Positions 38,530 to 50,170 of a stretch of 64,000 bases of DNA are shown here, piece by piece. The position numbers and the translations under genes are program-made. The number at the start of each line of letters is the position of its first letter. Position 1 is the stretch's first letter. The notes beneath the pieces were generated by a model. The model did no database searches, had not been told where the DNA came from, and saw only the letters and a program-made list of their open reading frames with translations. Origin of the DNA: Chiloscyllium plagiosum (taxonomy: Eukaryota); contig NC_057750.1 in NCBI RefSeq assembly GCF_004010195.1, positions 19,348,222-19,412,221 of the forward strand, read 5' to 3'.

Positions 38530-40260
38530 AGAATCCTAGAATTTTACAGTAAAGAAGGAGACTTTTTGAACCATCATGTCTGTATTGGCTTCTGAGAGAA
38601 TGACCCAGCTAGTCTGAATCCAGCCCTATCTCCACTTGCCTCTAAATTTATCACTTCCACATATATATCCAAGTCGATGGAATCGACTTCTATTACTCTA
38701 CAGGCAGCATAGTCCAAATGCTAACAACTCTCTGGCTAAAGGAGTTTCTCTCCATCTCACTCCCAATTGTCTTGTTGACAATTTTGAAATTGTAACCCTT
38801 AGTTACAGACATATGTTACACGAGTGGAAACGGAATATTGTTCTTTACCCTGTCAACGTTGTTCATAAGTTTTTGAACACCTCAGCAGGGTCACCTCTTC
38901 TCTTCCTCTTAATCTGCTTCAGAGAGAATAAGGCCAATTTCTATCATCTTCCCTTGTTTTGAAAATGTCTTATTCCTGGTGTCATTGCATTAAACCTCCT
39001 ATACACTTTCTCCAAGTCTTTAACATCCTTCCTTAAATAAGGTGGCCAGAACTGAACACATTACTTCAAATGTTGTCTGACCAATATTTGGAGATGTTTA
39101 ACATCACTGCCTTACTTTTATACTCTATCTCTCGAATTATAAATGCAAGGATCCTATCAGCCACTTTAACAACTGTTTCAACTTGTTTGGCCCCCTTCAG
39201 AGAATAATACTCTCGAAGTCCCTCTTCTCCTATATTCTCCTCAAAATTGTACTATTGAAATTGTATTGACTCTATTATTTCTTCTACCAAAATGTATCAG
39301 ATCACATTTCTCTGCATTGAATTTCATCTGTCCATTTGGCTAACTTGTCAATATCCCTCTGAAATTGCTCAGCATCATCCTTACAATTCACTGTTTGCCT
39401 TAGGTTAGTATCATCTGCAAATTTAGAGATGTTAGCCTCCATCACCCATCTCCGAATTATTCATAGAAATCAGGAAAAGCAAGGGTCCCCCCACTTTCAG
39501 TTCATCTCCCAGTCTGAAAAATGTCCACTGTTTCCTATCTTTTAGCCAATTTCTAATCCATGCTGCCAAGGATCCATCAATCCTAAACATTTCTAATTTG
39601 CTAATCATGTGGAATATGGCACCGTATCAAATGCTTTCTGAAAGTACAAACATACAACAGCCATAGCACTATCCTCATCCACTGTCTGTGTCACCTCGTC
39701 AAAAAACTCCATCAGATTTGTCAGATATGACCTGCCCTTAACCGTCCAGTATTAACTTATTTTGTCTCACAATATACTTAATCTTTTCCTATATTGTGGC
39801 CTCCATGAGTTTTCCTACTACTGACGTCAAGCTCTCAAGTCTGTAGTTTTCTGGGTTACCCTTTGCCTCTTTCCTAAACATCAGGGTCACATTTGCAATC
39901 TTCCAGTTCCCTGGAATAATCCTGAGTTCAGAGATACCGGGAAAATTTCTATTAATGGTTCTGCAATTTGCTCCCTTACCTCTCTCAGTAAGCTAGAATG
40001 TATCCTCTCTGGGCCTAGCTACTTCTCCACCTGGAGTACTGGCAGCTTTTTCAGCATCTCCTGTTTTGTATCTTTCACCATAGTGCTCAGTTGCTCAACA
40101 TCTCATTTTCAACTCAGGCCATTGTCAGCATCTTCTAATTTGGTAAAGCCAGAAGCAAAATATTCATTTGGTACCTCAGACATATTCTTTGCTTCAATGA
40201 GCAGCTTACCTTGCTTGTTCCTTATGGGCCCCACTCTATCCTTCATTTATTTTCTTTACT
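38530..40260 (-). mobile_element. long, old CR1 LINE ORF2 fragment
   Basis: Reverse-complement CR1 RT signatures: tcatctgcaaatttag (KFADD) and tatcaaatgctttctgaaagt (FQKAFD). Confidence 0.75.
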
Positions 40261-41066
40261 CTTAAAATGCTTCAAGAACCTCCTCCCCCACTATGACATT
40301 CTCCACTCGGTCTGCCTTGTTTCATAAAACCAGATCCAGTACAGCTTCCTCCCTGGCAGGACCGGAAATGTATTGTTTCAGAAAGTGTATTTTTTAATTG
40401 CCCATCCATAACTGCCTTTTGAGAAGATGGTGGTGAGTTGCCTTCTTGAAATGCTACAGTCCATGTTGATACACAAGCCCTCAAGGAGGGAATTCTTGTA
40501 TGCTAAGTCGCTCCTTCAAATTAGCCACATGTGGTTCAAGGCCTGCTCTCCTCATGCAGATGTGAATGTTCTGGATGATTTGTGGATCCAAAACCACCCA
40601 CAATTTACATACTACTTTCCTCAGAGTCCCTGCCATCTTTCTTGGTGAAGATGATGCACACTTCTTAGGTTTTATCTCACTCACAAATAAATTCTCTAAC
40701 ACCTCCCCCAACTCTCTTTTTTGGTTCGAGGAGAAGGGAGAGACAGAATCAGTACAATAATGTAATGTTTGGGCCTTCACCAATTTTTGATACCAGCTCC
40801 CCATGCCATTCCTTCCTCAGTCTTGTTGAGCAAACCAAGGATGCTCCTCAGATGTTCCTCATCGCCATCTTCTGTATCGGCCACATCTCAGTGTTAAATG
40901 ACCAACCCCTTGTTCTGAGCCTGATCTTGAGTTCTGGATTCCTCAACTGTATCTTCCGATGTCCTTTCAGAATGTGGGTTTCAAACTTCAGTAGTGGCTT
41001 CAATGAAACTACATGATGTTCATTGAAATTCCAGGGAATATTGGCTCAGTGAGTTCAATGTTGACT

Positions 41067-41380
41067 TTAGATTAGATTAGATTACTTACAATGTGGAAAC
41101 AGGCCCTTTGGCCCAACAAGCCTCCACTGACCCTCCGAAGAGCAACCCACCCAGACTCATTCCCCTACATTTACCCCTTCACCTAACACTATGGGCAATT
41201 TTAGCATGACCAATTCACCTAACCTGCACATTTTTGGACTGTGGGAGGAAACCGGAGCACCCGGAGGAAACCCACGCAGACACAGAGAGAATGTGCAAAC
41301 TCCACACAGACATTGCCTGAGGCAGGAATTGAACCCGGGTTTCAGGTGCTGTGAGGCACCACTGTGCCACCGTGCTGCCC
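41067..41380 (-). mobile_element. HE1-type SINE
   Basis: Reverse complement of a full HE1 with (agatt)n tail. Confidence 0.9.
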
Positions 41381-42019
41381 ACTTGTATTCCAATCCTTGT
41401 GCAATAAAAGCTAACATTTGTTTTCCTAAAAACTGCTTGTGCCAAATCTTGCGATTTGTAACAAAGACACCCAAGTCCCTTTTGCTTACCAACATTTTGC
41501 ACCAATTACCATTTTTAAAAAAACTGTTGTTCTGTTTTTCAGTCCAAAGTTAATAATTTCACAATTGCCCACATTATGGTCCATCTTTGTTTTCATTTAC
41601 TAACCTGTGCTATTTCCTTTTATTCTCCTCACAGCCTACTTATCCAGGAAGCTTTGTCAATTAGCAAGTTTGAATACATTACACTTGATTCCCTCATCAG
41701 AGTTAGTGGGTTGTAAATCTCTGAGGACTAAGCATTGATTCTTGTGGTTACCCTACTCATTACAGGTGGCAAACCCAAATGTGACCTTTCATTCCTGCTT
41801 TCTGCTTTTTGTTTGAATTCTCAATCTGTCCTAACTTATTACTGCAATTACTCTAAACCCTGATTCTTTGTTATAACCTCTTGAGTGGAAAGGTAAATCT
41901 CTGTGTATTTTGACCCAGCAATTGTAAAAGCGAAATACGTTTCTGGAGGGATTTTTTGCAACCTTGGGAAAATTATTTGCAGCCATTGAAGGATTTTTGT
42001 AGATGTCACTGGATTCACA

Positions 42020-42592
42020 AGTTGCGGATCGTTTCAGGGAACATCTCTGGAACGCCTGCACAAACAATCCCACCGCCCTGTGGCTGACCACCTCAACTCC
42101 CCCTCCCACTCCACCAAGGACATGCAGGTCCTGGGCCTTCTCCATTACCAAACTCGAACTACCCGACGCCTGGAGGAAGAATGCCTTATCCTCCACCTTT
42201 GGAACCTCCAACTGCACAGGAGCAATGTGGATTTCACCAGTTTCCTCATTTTGCCTCCCTCCAACCTTATCCCAGTTCCAACCTTGCAACTTGGCACCGC
42301 CCTCTTGACCTGTCCACCTTCCTTTCCACCTATCTGCTCCACCCTTCTCTCCGACCTATCACTTTCACCCCCACCTTCGTCGACTTATCGCATTCCCAGC
42401 TACCTTCTCCCTACCCCAGTTCCACCCTGTTCCGATTTATCTCTCAGCCTCCTTGGCCCACAAGCCTCATTCCTGATGAAGGGCTTATGCTCGAAACATC
42501 GATTCTCCTGCTCCTCTGGATGACTGGCTGTGCTTTTCCAGCACCACACTCTTCGACTCTGATCTCCAGCATCTGCAGTCCTCGCTTTCTCC
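42020..42592 (+). mobile_element. Penelope-like element 3' fragment with sense-strand hammerhead core
   Basis: Reads VADRFREHL...ADHLNSPSHSTKDMQVLGLL...RRLEEECLI (GIY-YIG C-terminus). CTGATGA-A-GGGC-TTAT-GCTC-GAAACATC at 42473-42500. Confidence 0.8.
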
Positions 42593-43324
42593 ATGGGATC
42601 TTTCATAGCCAGATAGGGAGGCGGGTCGGCTAATATTGTACTCTCACCCAATACACAGAAACACACTTTCAACGCGGTACTGAGAGTATATATGCAGTTT
42701 TCATGTTCAATGCCCAACCTGTGTGGTGTTCTATGACCTGTTGTCCATATCTTCTTAGTGGGTAAATTCTTTAGGAACTGGTTGGTATAGTGCTTGCAAG
42801 TGTAGCTCACTTCTGGTCTAAACAGAAAAGTCTTGTAGAGGAAATGGATGTTGTTTCTTGCTTCACTGCAATGTTTACTGGTTACAAGAATAGTCATTAC
42901 ATTCTTAAAAAGACAGGATGACCTCACCCTGATTCAGTGATTCACGCAATCCTGCTTTGACCTTATCACAGTGGATGATGTGTATTGCACTTAAACAGAC
43001 ATTAACCTTTTCACAGCGTTCCAACCCCAGAGTCCAAATCACAGCAGGCACGTTTGTTTTCAGGGTTATGGATTTTACTCAAGGGCCCTTAGGTTCTCCA
43101 GCGCCAATAAAAATAAAATCAGCAAGGATCCAAAGGTTCCCTGTTGTGATAGACAATACTCCTATGTAGAGAGCAGGGATCTGAAGAGGAAACAAAAAAA
43201 CCAATGAAAGTGGTAGGAGGCAATAGCTGTGTAGTCCTTTATTGGCTATCCAGTAAGAGATTGTCAGAACCTCTTTCCTGAGTTGAGGAGAGTATGAGTG
43301 GGATAAAAATGGAGCAGTTAGAAG

Positions 43325-46130
43325 CATAAAGACAAAGAAAATGGCAGCAGGAGTAGGCCATTCAGCCCTTTCAGCAGTTCTCCCATTCGATATGATCGTG
43401 AGTGATCATCCAACTCAGTTCCCACTTGCTCCTTTTGATCCCTTTATCTCTAAGAAGTATATCTAACTCTTTCATGAGAATATTCAATATTTTGCCCTCA
43501 ACAGTTTTCTCACAGTTCACCATTCTCTGGTGAAACGGTTTCTTCTTATCTCCATTTTAAATTGTTGATCCTATTTCCTGTTATGGAGCCGCCCAAACCC
43601 CCTCAAAATATTAAGATGGTAGCCCAGACCTTAACTTTTTCTTATGTAGAAGGCAAGTGCCAGGCATTGCATTCTGGATGTAATTCAGTTGGTCAAACTA
43701 CCAGGCTTGAAGCAAAACACACTTTATATCCATACACTATCGTTAAAAGACAACAAAATAAAGAAGAAATTGGAATCACGTAACTCTGTTGGAAAACTTA
43801 ACAGAATAATAAATTATTTAACTACTGAACGGTAACTGTTCAAATATTGTAACATCCAATAAACACACTTCTGGCAAAGGCAAATTCAGTAAAATAGATT
43901 GTCTCACATGCAATTCTAGCAAAAAGAAGAGAACCTCAGCTTTTAGCTGTAACAGAGAAAGGAAAAACAACTTTCACATCCAGCTTCAAGACCCCACCAG
44001 CAACTACTCCTGAAAAGCTAAAATTAAACAAAAATCCTGTTTTTGTTGCGAGCTTGATGCCACCTTTCAGGCTGCTTCTATTGTTCCAACTTTAAAAAAA
44101 AACTCAAAGCCTCACAGGCTGCTTACTTTATTGGTTTTGGAGCAGAATGCTAGGTATCTCTGTCTCAACCTTTCTTGATGATAAAAAAAAGGACAAAATA
44201 CACCTCTTATATTCATAGTATTGTAACAATCCTTAAACTGTGATCCCCTAGTTCTGGACTCCCCAGTCATTAGCAATATCTTTCCTGTATTTTTTTGTCC
44301 AGTCTTCTGAACCCCAAGGAATAGAGTCTTAACTGATCCAAACTCTCTTCATACATCAGTCCTGCCATCCCAGGAATCAGTCTGGTAAACTATTGTTGCA
44401 TTTTTGTCATTGCCAGAATATCCTTCCTCGGACAAGGAGGCCAATCCTTCACAGAATTCACCACATGTGGCCTCAACAAGGCCCTGTTGTAATAGCAACA
44501 AGACATCCCTTTGCCTGTACTCGAATCTTCTGACTATGTAGGCCAACATGGTATTTATCTTTTTTATTGCTTGCTGCACCTGCATGTCCAGGTGTTGCAA
44601 CATCTCCTCCTTTCCCAATCTATCGCGATTTAGATAATGATGTTTTCCTGTTTTTGCTACGAAATGGATAATCTCTCATTTATCCCTGTTATACTCCATT
44701 TGCCATGCATTTGCCCACTCGCTCAACTCATCCAAATCACAATGCAACTTCCCTGGATCCTCCTCACAGCTCATCCTCCCACCCTACTTTGTGGTGGCTC
44801 ATCTAAGTAATATATATTTTGAATAACTGGGGTTCAAGCACTAGTACCTGGAGTTACCCACCACTCACTGCCTGTGACTCAGAAAAAAGGCCAGTTTATT
44901 CCTGCTCTTCGTTTCCTGTCTGCCAACTAGTTCTCTATCCATGTCAGCATACTGCCCCCAATCCCATGTCTTTAATTTTACATAATAACCTCTACTGTGG
45001 GAACGTATCCGAAAGTCCAGTTTGACCACATCCATTGCACCCCTCCATCAACTTTATTAGTTACATCCTTGAAAAATTCCAGTAAATTTGTTAGTTAAAA
45101 TTTCCCTTTTGTAAATCTATGCTGACTCTCTCTGATCCTGTCACTATTTCCAAGTGCTATACTATTAAACCTTTTATAAAGGACTCCAACGTTTTCCCAC
45201 TACTGATGTCTGGACAGCACGGTTGAATTGGACCAAAGGATCTGCTTCTGTGCTGTATGACTCTATGACAGGCTTTAATTCCTTGTTTTCCCTTTACCTT
45301 CTTTTTTAATTAGTGGGGTTACATTGGCTACCTCCAATCCATCAGAACTGTTCCAGATTCTATGGAATATTGAAAGGTAATTACTGTTGCAACCACAATT
45401 TCTAGGGTAACATCTATAAATACACTGGGATGTAGATTATTGTGCCTTGGCAATTTAACGACCTTTAATCCCATTGATTTCCCTATTTACCTACCAATAC
45501 TGATTTCCTTCAGTTCCTCCCTCTCACTAGACCCTGTGTTCCCCATCATTTGTAGTGTCCTTTGTGAACCAAAATGTCTTCAATTAATCTGCCATCTCTT
45601 TGTTCCCCATTATAACTTGCCCTGTTTCTGACCGTAAGGACCTACATTTGTGTTTTTGTTTTCTCGTCACATACCCACAGAGGCTTTTAAAATCAGTTTG
45701 CATGTGCCCTCCATGTTCTATTTTCACCTTTTGATCAATCCCTTTGTTCTCCTTTGCTTTAAATTGCTCTCAATCCTCAGGTCTGCTGCTTTTTTTTGGC
45801 CAATCTTTATGCCCTTCCTTAAATCAAATATTATCCCTAATTTCCCTTATGGTGGGCCATCTTTCCTGTTTTATTTTTATACTGGACAGGAATGAGCAGT
45901 TGTTGCAGCTCACCCATTCAAACATTAACTAATGCCTATTGATCATTGTCCATTTAAGTGCCATTCCCCAGTTTATCACAGCCAGCTCACTGTAGTTTCC
46001 TTTACTTAGGTTCAGCATCGTAGTCTCAGAGTCAACACTGCCACTCTCTACCTTCGTTAAACATTCTATCACATTGTGGTCAGTCTTTCCCAAACAGCCT
46101 CACAACACTGGATTTCTAATTACTTCTTTA
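43325..46130 (-). mobile_element. long CR1 LINE fragment interrupted by a solo LTR
   Basis: Tail gcaggagtaggccattcagccc near 43345 and ORF remnant MQVQQAIKKINTMLAYIVRRFEYR. Confidence 0.75.
43579..44228 (-). mobile_element. solo LTR (650 bp)
   Basis: TGTTA...TAACA termini and imperfect 4-bp flanks ttcc/atcc; interrupts a CR1 copy. Orientation is tentative. Confidence 0.75.
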
Positions 46131-46934
46131 CTAAATTGACATGTGCAGAAGTGTGGGAACGATGTAGTAAGTTGTTATTTTCTATCTGTACTCACACTGA
46201 ACAAGAACAGAAGCTAACCCAACATTTCAGTCTGCGTACTTAAAACAATCATAGACTATGCAGAGGGAGGTCACTCATAGTCCTTTGTCCTTGTGTCTAA
46301 TTACTACAATTTCCTCATTCTCAGTAGATGGTTCCTTTCAGTAATCCTTAGCTTGACAAGCCTTGTTTCGTAGGTTCAGACTGAAATCAGAGTTGAATTT
46401 GTTTGTCTGAGTGAGTTTTGGGTCTGATCAAGTCTGAGCTGCTCCATGTAGATATCTGGGTATTTTAGACATCATGATCTCAGAAGTTGTACATTTGGCC
46501 AATTATGCTTGCATTAGCTTTCCAAATATGCATCATGACTTAGTGCCATTTTCCTGCTTTTCTTTTCCCCCATCCCTTGCTCATTGTTTCTATTTGAATA
46601 ATCATCTAATACCCTCTTGAATGCCTCAGTTGACTGTTTGCCTCATACTTCCAAGCAATACATTTCCAGACCTGAATCACTTGAGTGAAAAAATGTTACA
46701 GTTGCGGGGAGGTGGGAGTGAGAAAGAGAAGGGGGAGAGTGAGGACAAAGTGGAATGAGGTGAGAGGAAGTGAGGTCACAGGAAGGGACACCTCTCCCTG
46801 TTCACAAATACATCTCATTTAAATCTTAACCTATTTAAATGTGCCCATGCGAATTGAAATAGTGCATGCACTGGTGTCGGCAAATACAGCATAGACAAAA
46901 GCTGGTGTCCAAGAGTCCCTATAGTGGTGGATGT

Positions 46935-48077
46935 AGGTCATTCGGCCCATCGAGCCTACACAGACCCTCCAAAGAGCATCCCACCCAGACCCACTCCATC
47001 CCTGTATTTCCCAAGGCTAATTCCAGATGGGCTAATGGTCTGAGAAGTGACAGATGGAGTTTAATTCAGATAAATCCGAAGTGCTGCATTTTGGGAAAGC
47101 AAATCTTAGCAGGACTTATATACCTAATGATAAGGTCATAGAGAGTGTTGCTGAACAAAGAGACCTTGGAGTGCAGGTCTCCTTGAAAGTGGAGTCGTAG
47201 GTAGATAGGATAGTGAAGAAGGCGTTTGGTTTGCTTTCCTTTATTGGTCAGAGTATTGAGTACAGGAGTTGGGAGGTCATGTTGCGGCTGTACAGGACAT
47301 TGGTTAGGCCACTGTTGGAATATTGTGCGCAATTCTGGTCTCCTTCCTATCGGAAAGATGCTGTGAAACTTGAAAGGGTTCAGAAAAGATTTACAAGGAT
47401 GTTGCCAGGGTTGGAGGTTCTGAGCTATAGGGAGCGGCTGAACAGGCTGGGGCTGTTTTCCCTGAAGCGTCGGAGGCTGAGGGGTGACCTTATAGAGGTT
47501 TACAAAATTATGAGGGGCATGGATAGGATAAATAGGCAAAGTCTTTTCCCTGGGGTCAGGGAGTCCAGAATTAGAGGGCATAAGTTTAGGGTGAGAGGGG
47601 AAAGATATAAAAGAGACCTAAGGGGCAACGTTTTCACGCAGACGGTGGTATGTGTATGGAATGAGCTGCCAGAGGATGTGGTGGAGGCTGGTACAATTGC
47701 AACATTTAAGAGGCATTTGGATGGGTATATGAATAGAAGGGTTTGGAGGGATATGGGCTGGATGCTGGCAGGTGGGACTAGTTTGGGTTGGGATATCTGG
47801 TCGGCATGGACGGGTTGGACTGAAGGGTCTATATCCATGCTGTACATCTCTATGACTGTATGTTTCTATGACTCTATCTAGCCTACACAGCCCTGGATAC
47901 CATAGACGATTTAGAATGGCCAATCCTCCTCACCTGCACATCTTTGGACTGTGGGAGGAAACACATGCAGACATGGAGTGAATGTGAGAACTCACACAGA
48001 CAGTTGAGTGAGGGTGGAATTGAACCTAGGTCCCTGTGGCTGTGAGGCAGCAAAGCTAATCACTGAGCCACCATGCT
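46935..48077 (-). mobile_element. HE1-type SINE split by a LINE insertion
   Basis: SINE 3' part at 46935-47021 and 5' part at 47878-48077. Confidence 0.75.
47022..47877 (+). mobile_element. young CR1/HER1 LINE 3' end
   Basis: 222-aa ORF 47213-47881 with LYRTLVRPLLEYCAQFWSP...LERVQKRFTRM, followed by a ctatgact tail. Confidence 0.92.
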
Positions 48078-48940
48078 ATCACAGGGTGGTCATACAGACA
48101 TTGTCCATTTTCGGAATAACACATCTGGTTTGTTAATATCCCTAAAGAAGAGAAATCTGCTGTCTTTCTCTTGGCTGGCCTACATGTAATTCCAGATCCA
48201 CAACAAGGTGGTCTTAACTGCCCTCTGCCCTAACCAGAGACACCCATATCACATGAACAAGTACAAGTCCCTGAAGTATGGTAGAGACCTAACTGGTTCA
48301 ACACTATCTTTCAGGTACAGTCTAGCCTGCGTATCACTCCAGTTCCACACTGTACAGTTGTTTCAATGCTGCGAGGGTAATTAGAGTGTGGGGGGGGGGC
48401 ACTTACAATCCTCTTTCTCAATGTTACTGAGTACAGCAAGTTGAAGCAAAGCTTCTACACTACGTATATGCAGATTATTCAGAATATATATTGAAACTTT
48501 CAGGACACGATTCTCGTAAGTTTGCAATTGTGGGGAAATTTGTCCAGAGATGTCACTGTGACTCTGGACGTTCTAGGAATGAAGTTCCCAGCCCCTGGAT
48601 TCCAAATATCCTGGAATCTCCAAGAATTATGAAGCTTCTCTGAAAAGTATTAACGATGTCTGAACAAACACTTGTTTTCTCTGAATGTCATTGTTTATTA
48701 GTTATACTGACAGGACACACCACTGTGCTGGACAACTAAATGTGGGAGATCATGTGATGTAGCCTTTGTGAAGGTGTCAGGGTTGGTGACCCTACCCATA
48801 AAGGCTCAGTAGTCACACATCCCAGCCTCCAATGGCTGGGCAGATATTGTTTCTCATTGTTTTTTGGAATGTTGTATTTGTGCAGGGCTCTGTGCTCATT
48901 TCCTGTCAGTCAGACTAACTTCTGTCTCTTTTTTCCTCAG

Positions 48941-49021
48941 GCTTAAAGAAGCCAGCAACATTCCGATGTGAAGCGCACAACGCCAAGGGTGTGGCCACCT
49001 CCCGAACAGCCAACGTCAAAC
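48941..49021 (+). CDS. AXL: AXL-like exon (Ig2 C-terminal part; equivalent to exon 5)
   Basis: Acceptor ttttttcctcag and donor C|gtaggt; 81 nt, phase 1 to 1. Encodes [27 protein letters not shown], close to human AXL [20 protein letters not shown]. Sequence and length favour AXL over TYRO3 or MERTK. Confidence 0.92.
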
Positions 49022-49724
49022 GTAGGTGGACCTCTCTGGTTCTGTTGCTTTACCATCCTATTCTTCCCTCGGGAATTGCTGCTCTCTGTGCAGTGATAAT
49101 GCTTCCAGGATAGAGGGGTTTCAGGGATTTTGACCAGTAATGATGAAGGAATAGTAATACATTTCACATCTTGGGTTGGTGACTGACCTGCAAGGAACTT
49201 AGGGATACTACACGTCCCATCATTAATTTGAATGCTTGATCAGACTCTTTTCCATGGGTTCCTATGCAAGGGAATACCCATTAGGCTCAAGGGATTAAGC
49301 TGACAGGAGAACCCGTCTTCTTGGTCTGAGTGGGAATGACCGACAAGGAACTTAACACATTTTCCAGAGTCTCGGTTGCAATAGGTTCCGATTTGGATCT
49401 GTGGAATTCTGTGGAGATTTAATCCTTTGAGCAAAGCAATATCAGGAGGGTTTCAGAAAAGGGAACCTGTTCAGACAGGACAGGTTCCATAAATTTTGAG
49501 AAGGTGGTAAAGAGTGAGTTACTGTGGGAGATGTTCGTGATGCTTTTATTTTAACATAGCAGCAAGGTATTCTTACAATGGAACAGAGGTAGGACAGAGA
49601 ATGGGAAGGGAAAGGGATGAACAGTGTCCCTGGGGGACAGTAATGGAGTGATAGGGTCTCGGTAAGAATGGCACTGTCCCTGTGAGATTCTCTGTGTCTC
49701 TGTGATTTCTTTTTTGAGAAGTTC

Positions 49725-50170
49725 ATTCATGAGATTTGGGTGTCACTGTCTAGGCCAACGTGTATAGTCCTAATTGTCCAACGAGCAGTTAAGAGTCAAC
49801 CATGTTACTCAGGGTCTAGAGTCACATGTGGACGAGCTGAAAATGTGTTGCTGGAAAAGCGCAGCAGGTCAGGCAGCATCCAAAGAGCAGGAGAATCGAC
49901 ATTTTGGGCATGAGCCCTTCTTCAGGAATTCAGGAGCCCTGAAGAAGGGCTCATGCCCGAAACGTTGATTCGCCTGTTCCTTGGATGCTGCCTGACCTGC
50001 TGCGCTTTTCCAGCAACACATTTTCAGCTCTGATCTCCAGCATCTGCAGTCCTCACTTTCTCCTTACATGTGGACGAAACCAAGCAAAGATGTCAGATTC
50101 CCTTCCCTAAAGGACATTAGTGAAACAGATGGGTTTTTACAACAATTGGTGGTTGCATGGTTGCCATTAG
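49725..50170 (-). mobile_element. second SINE family copy, interrupted by a PLE mini-element
   Basis: Reverse-complement similarity to 11950-12130 on both sides of the insertion. Confidence 0.7.
49836..50065. mobile_element. palindromic PLE-derived mini-element with two hammerhead-like cores
   Basis: Inverted arms of about 90 bp and an exact 12-bp TSD acatgtggacga (49824-49835, 50066-50077). Plus-strand core CTGAAGA-A-GGGC-TCAT-GCCC-GAAACGTT at 49939-49966. Confidence 0.9.

Noticed and set aside
47213..47881. 222-aa ORF as a host gene
   Set aside because: It is a 5'-truncated CR1 ORF2 C-terminus that is repeated many times in the window.
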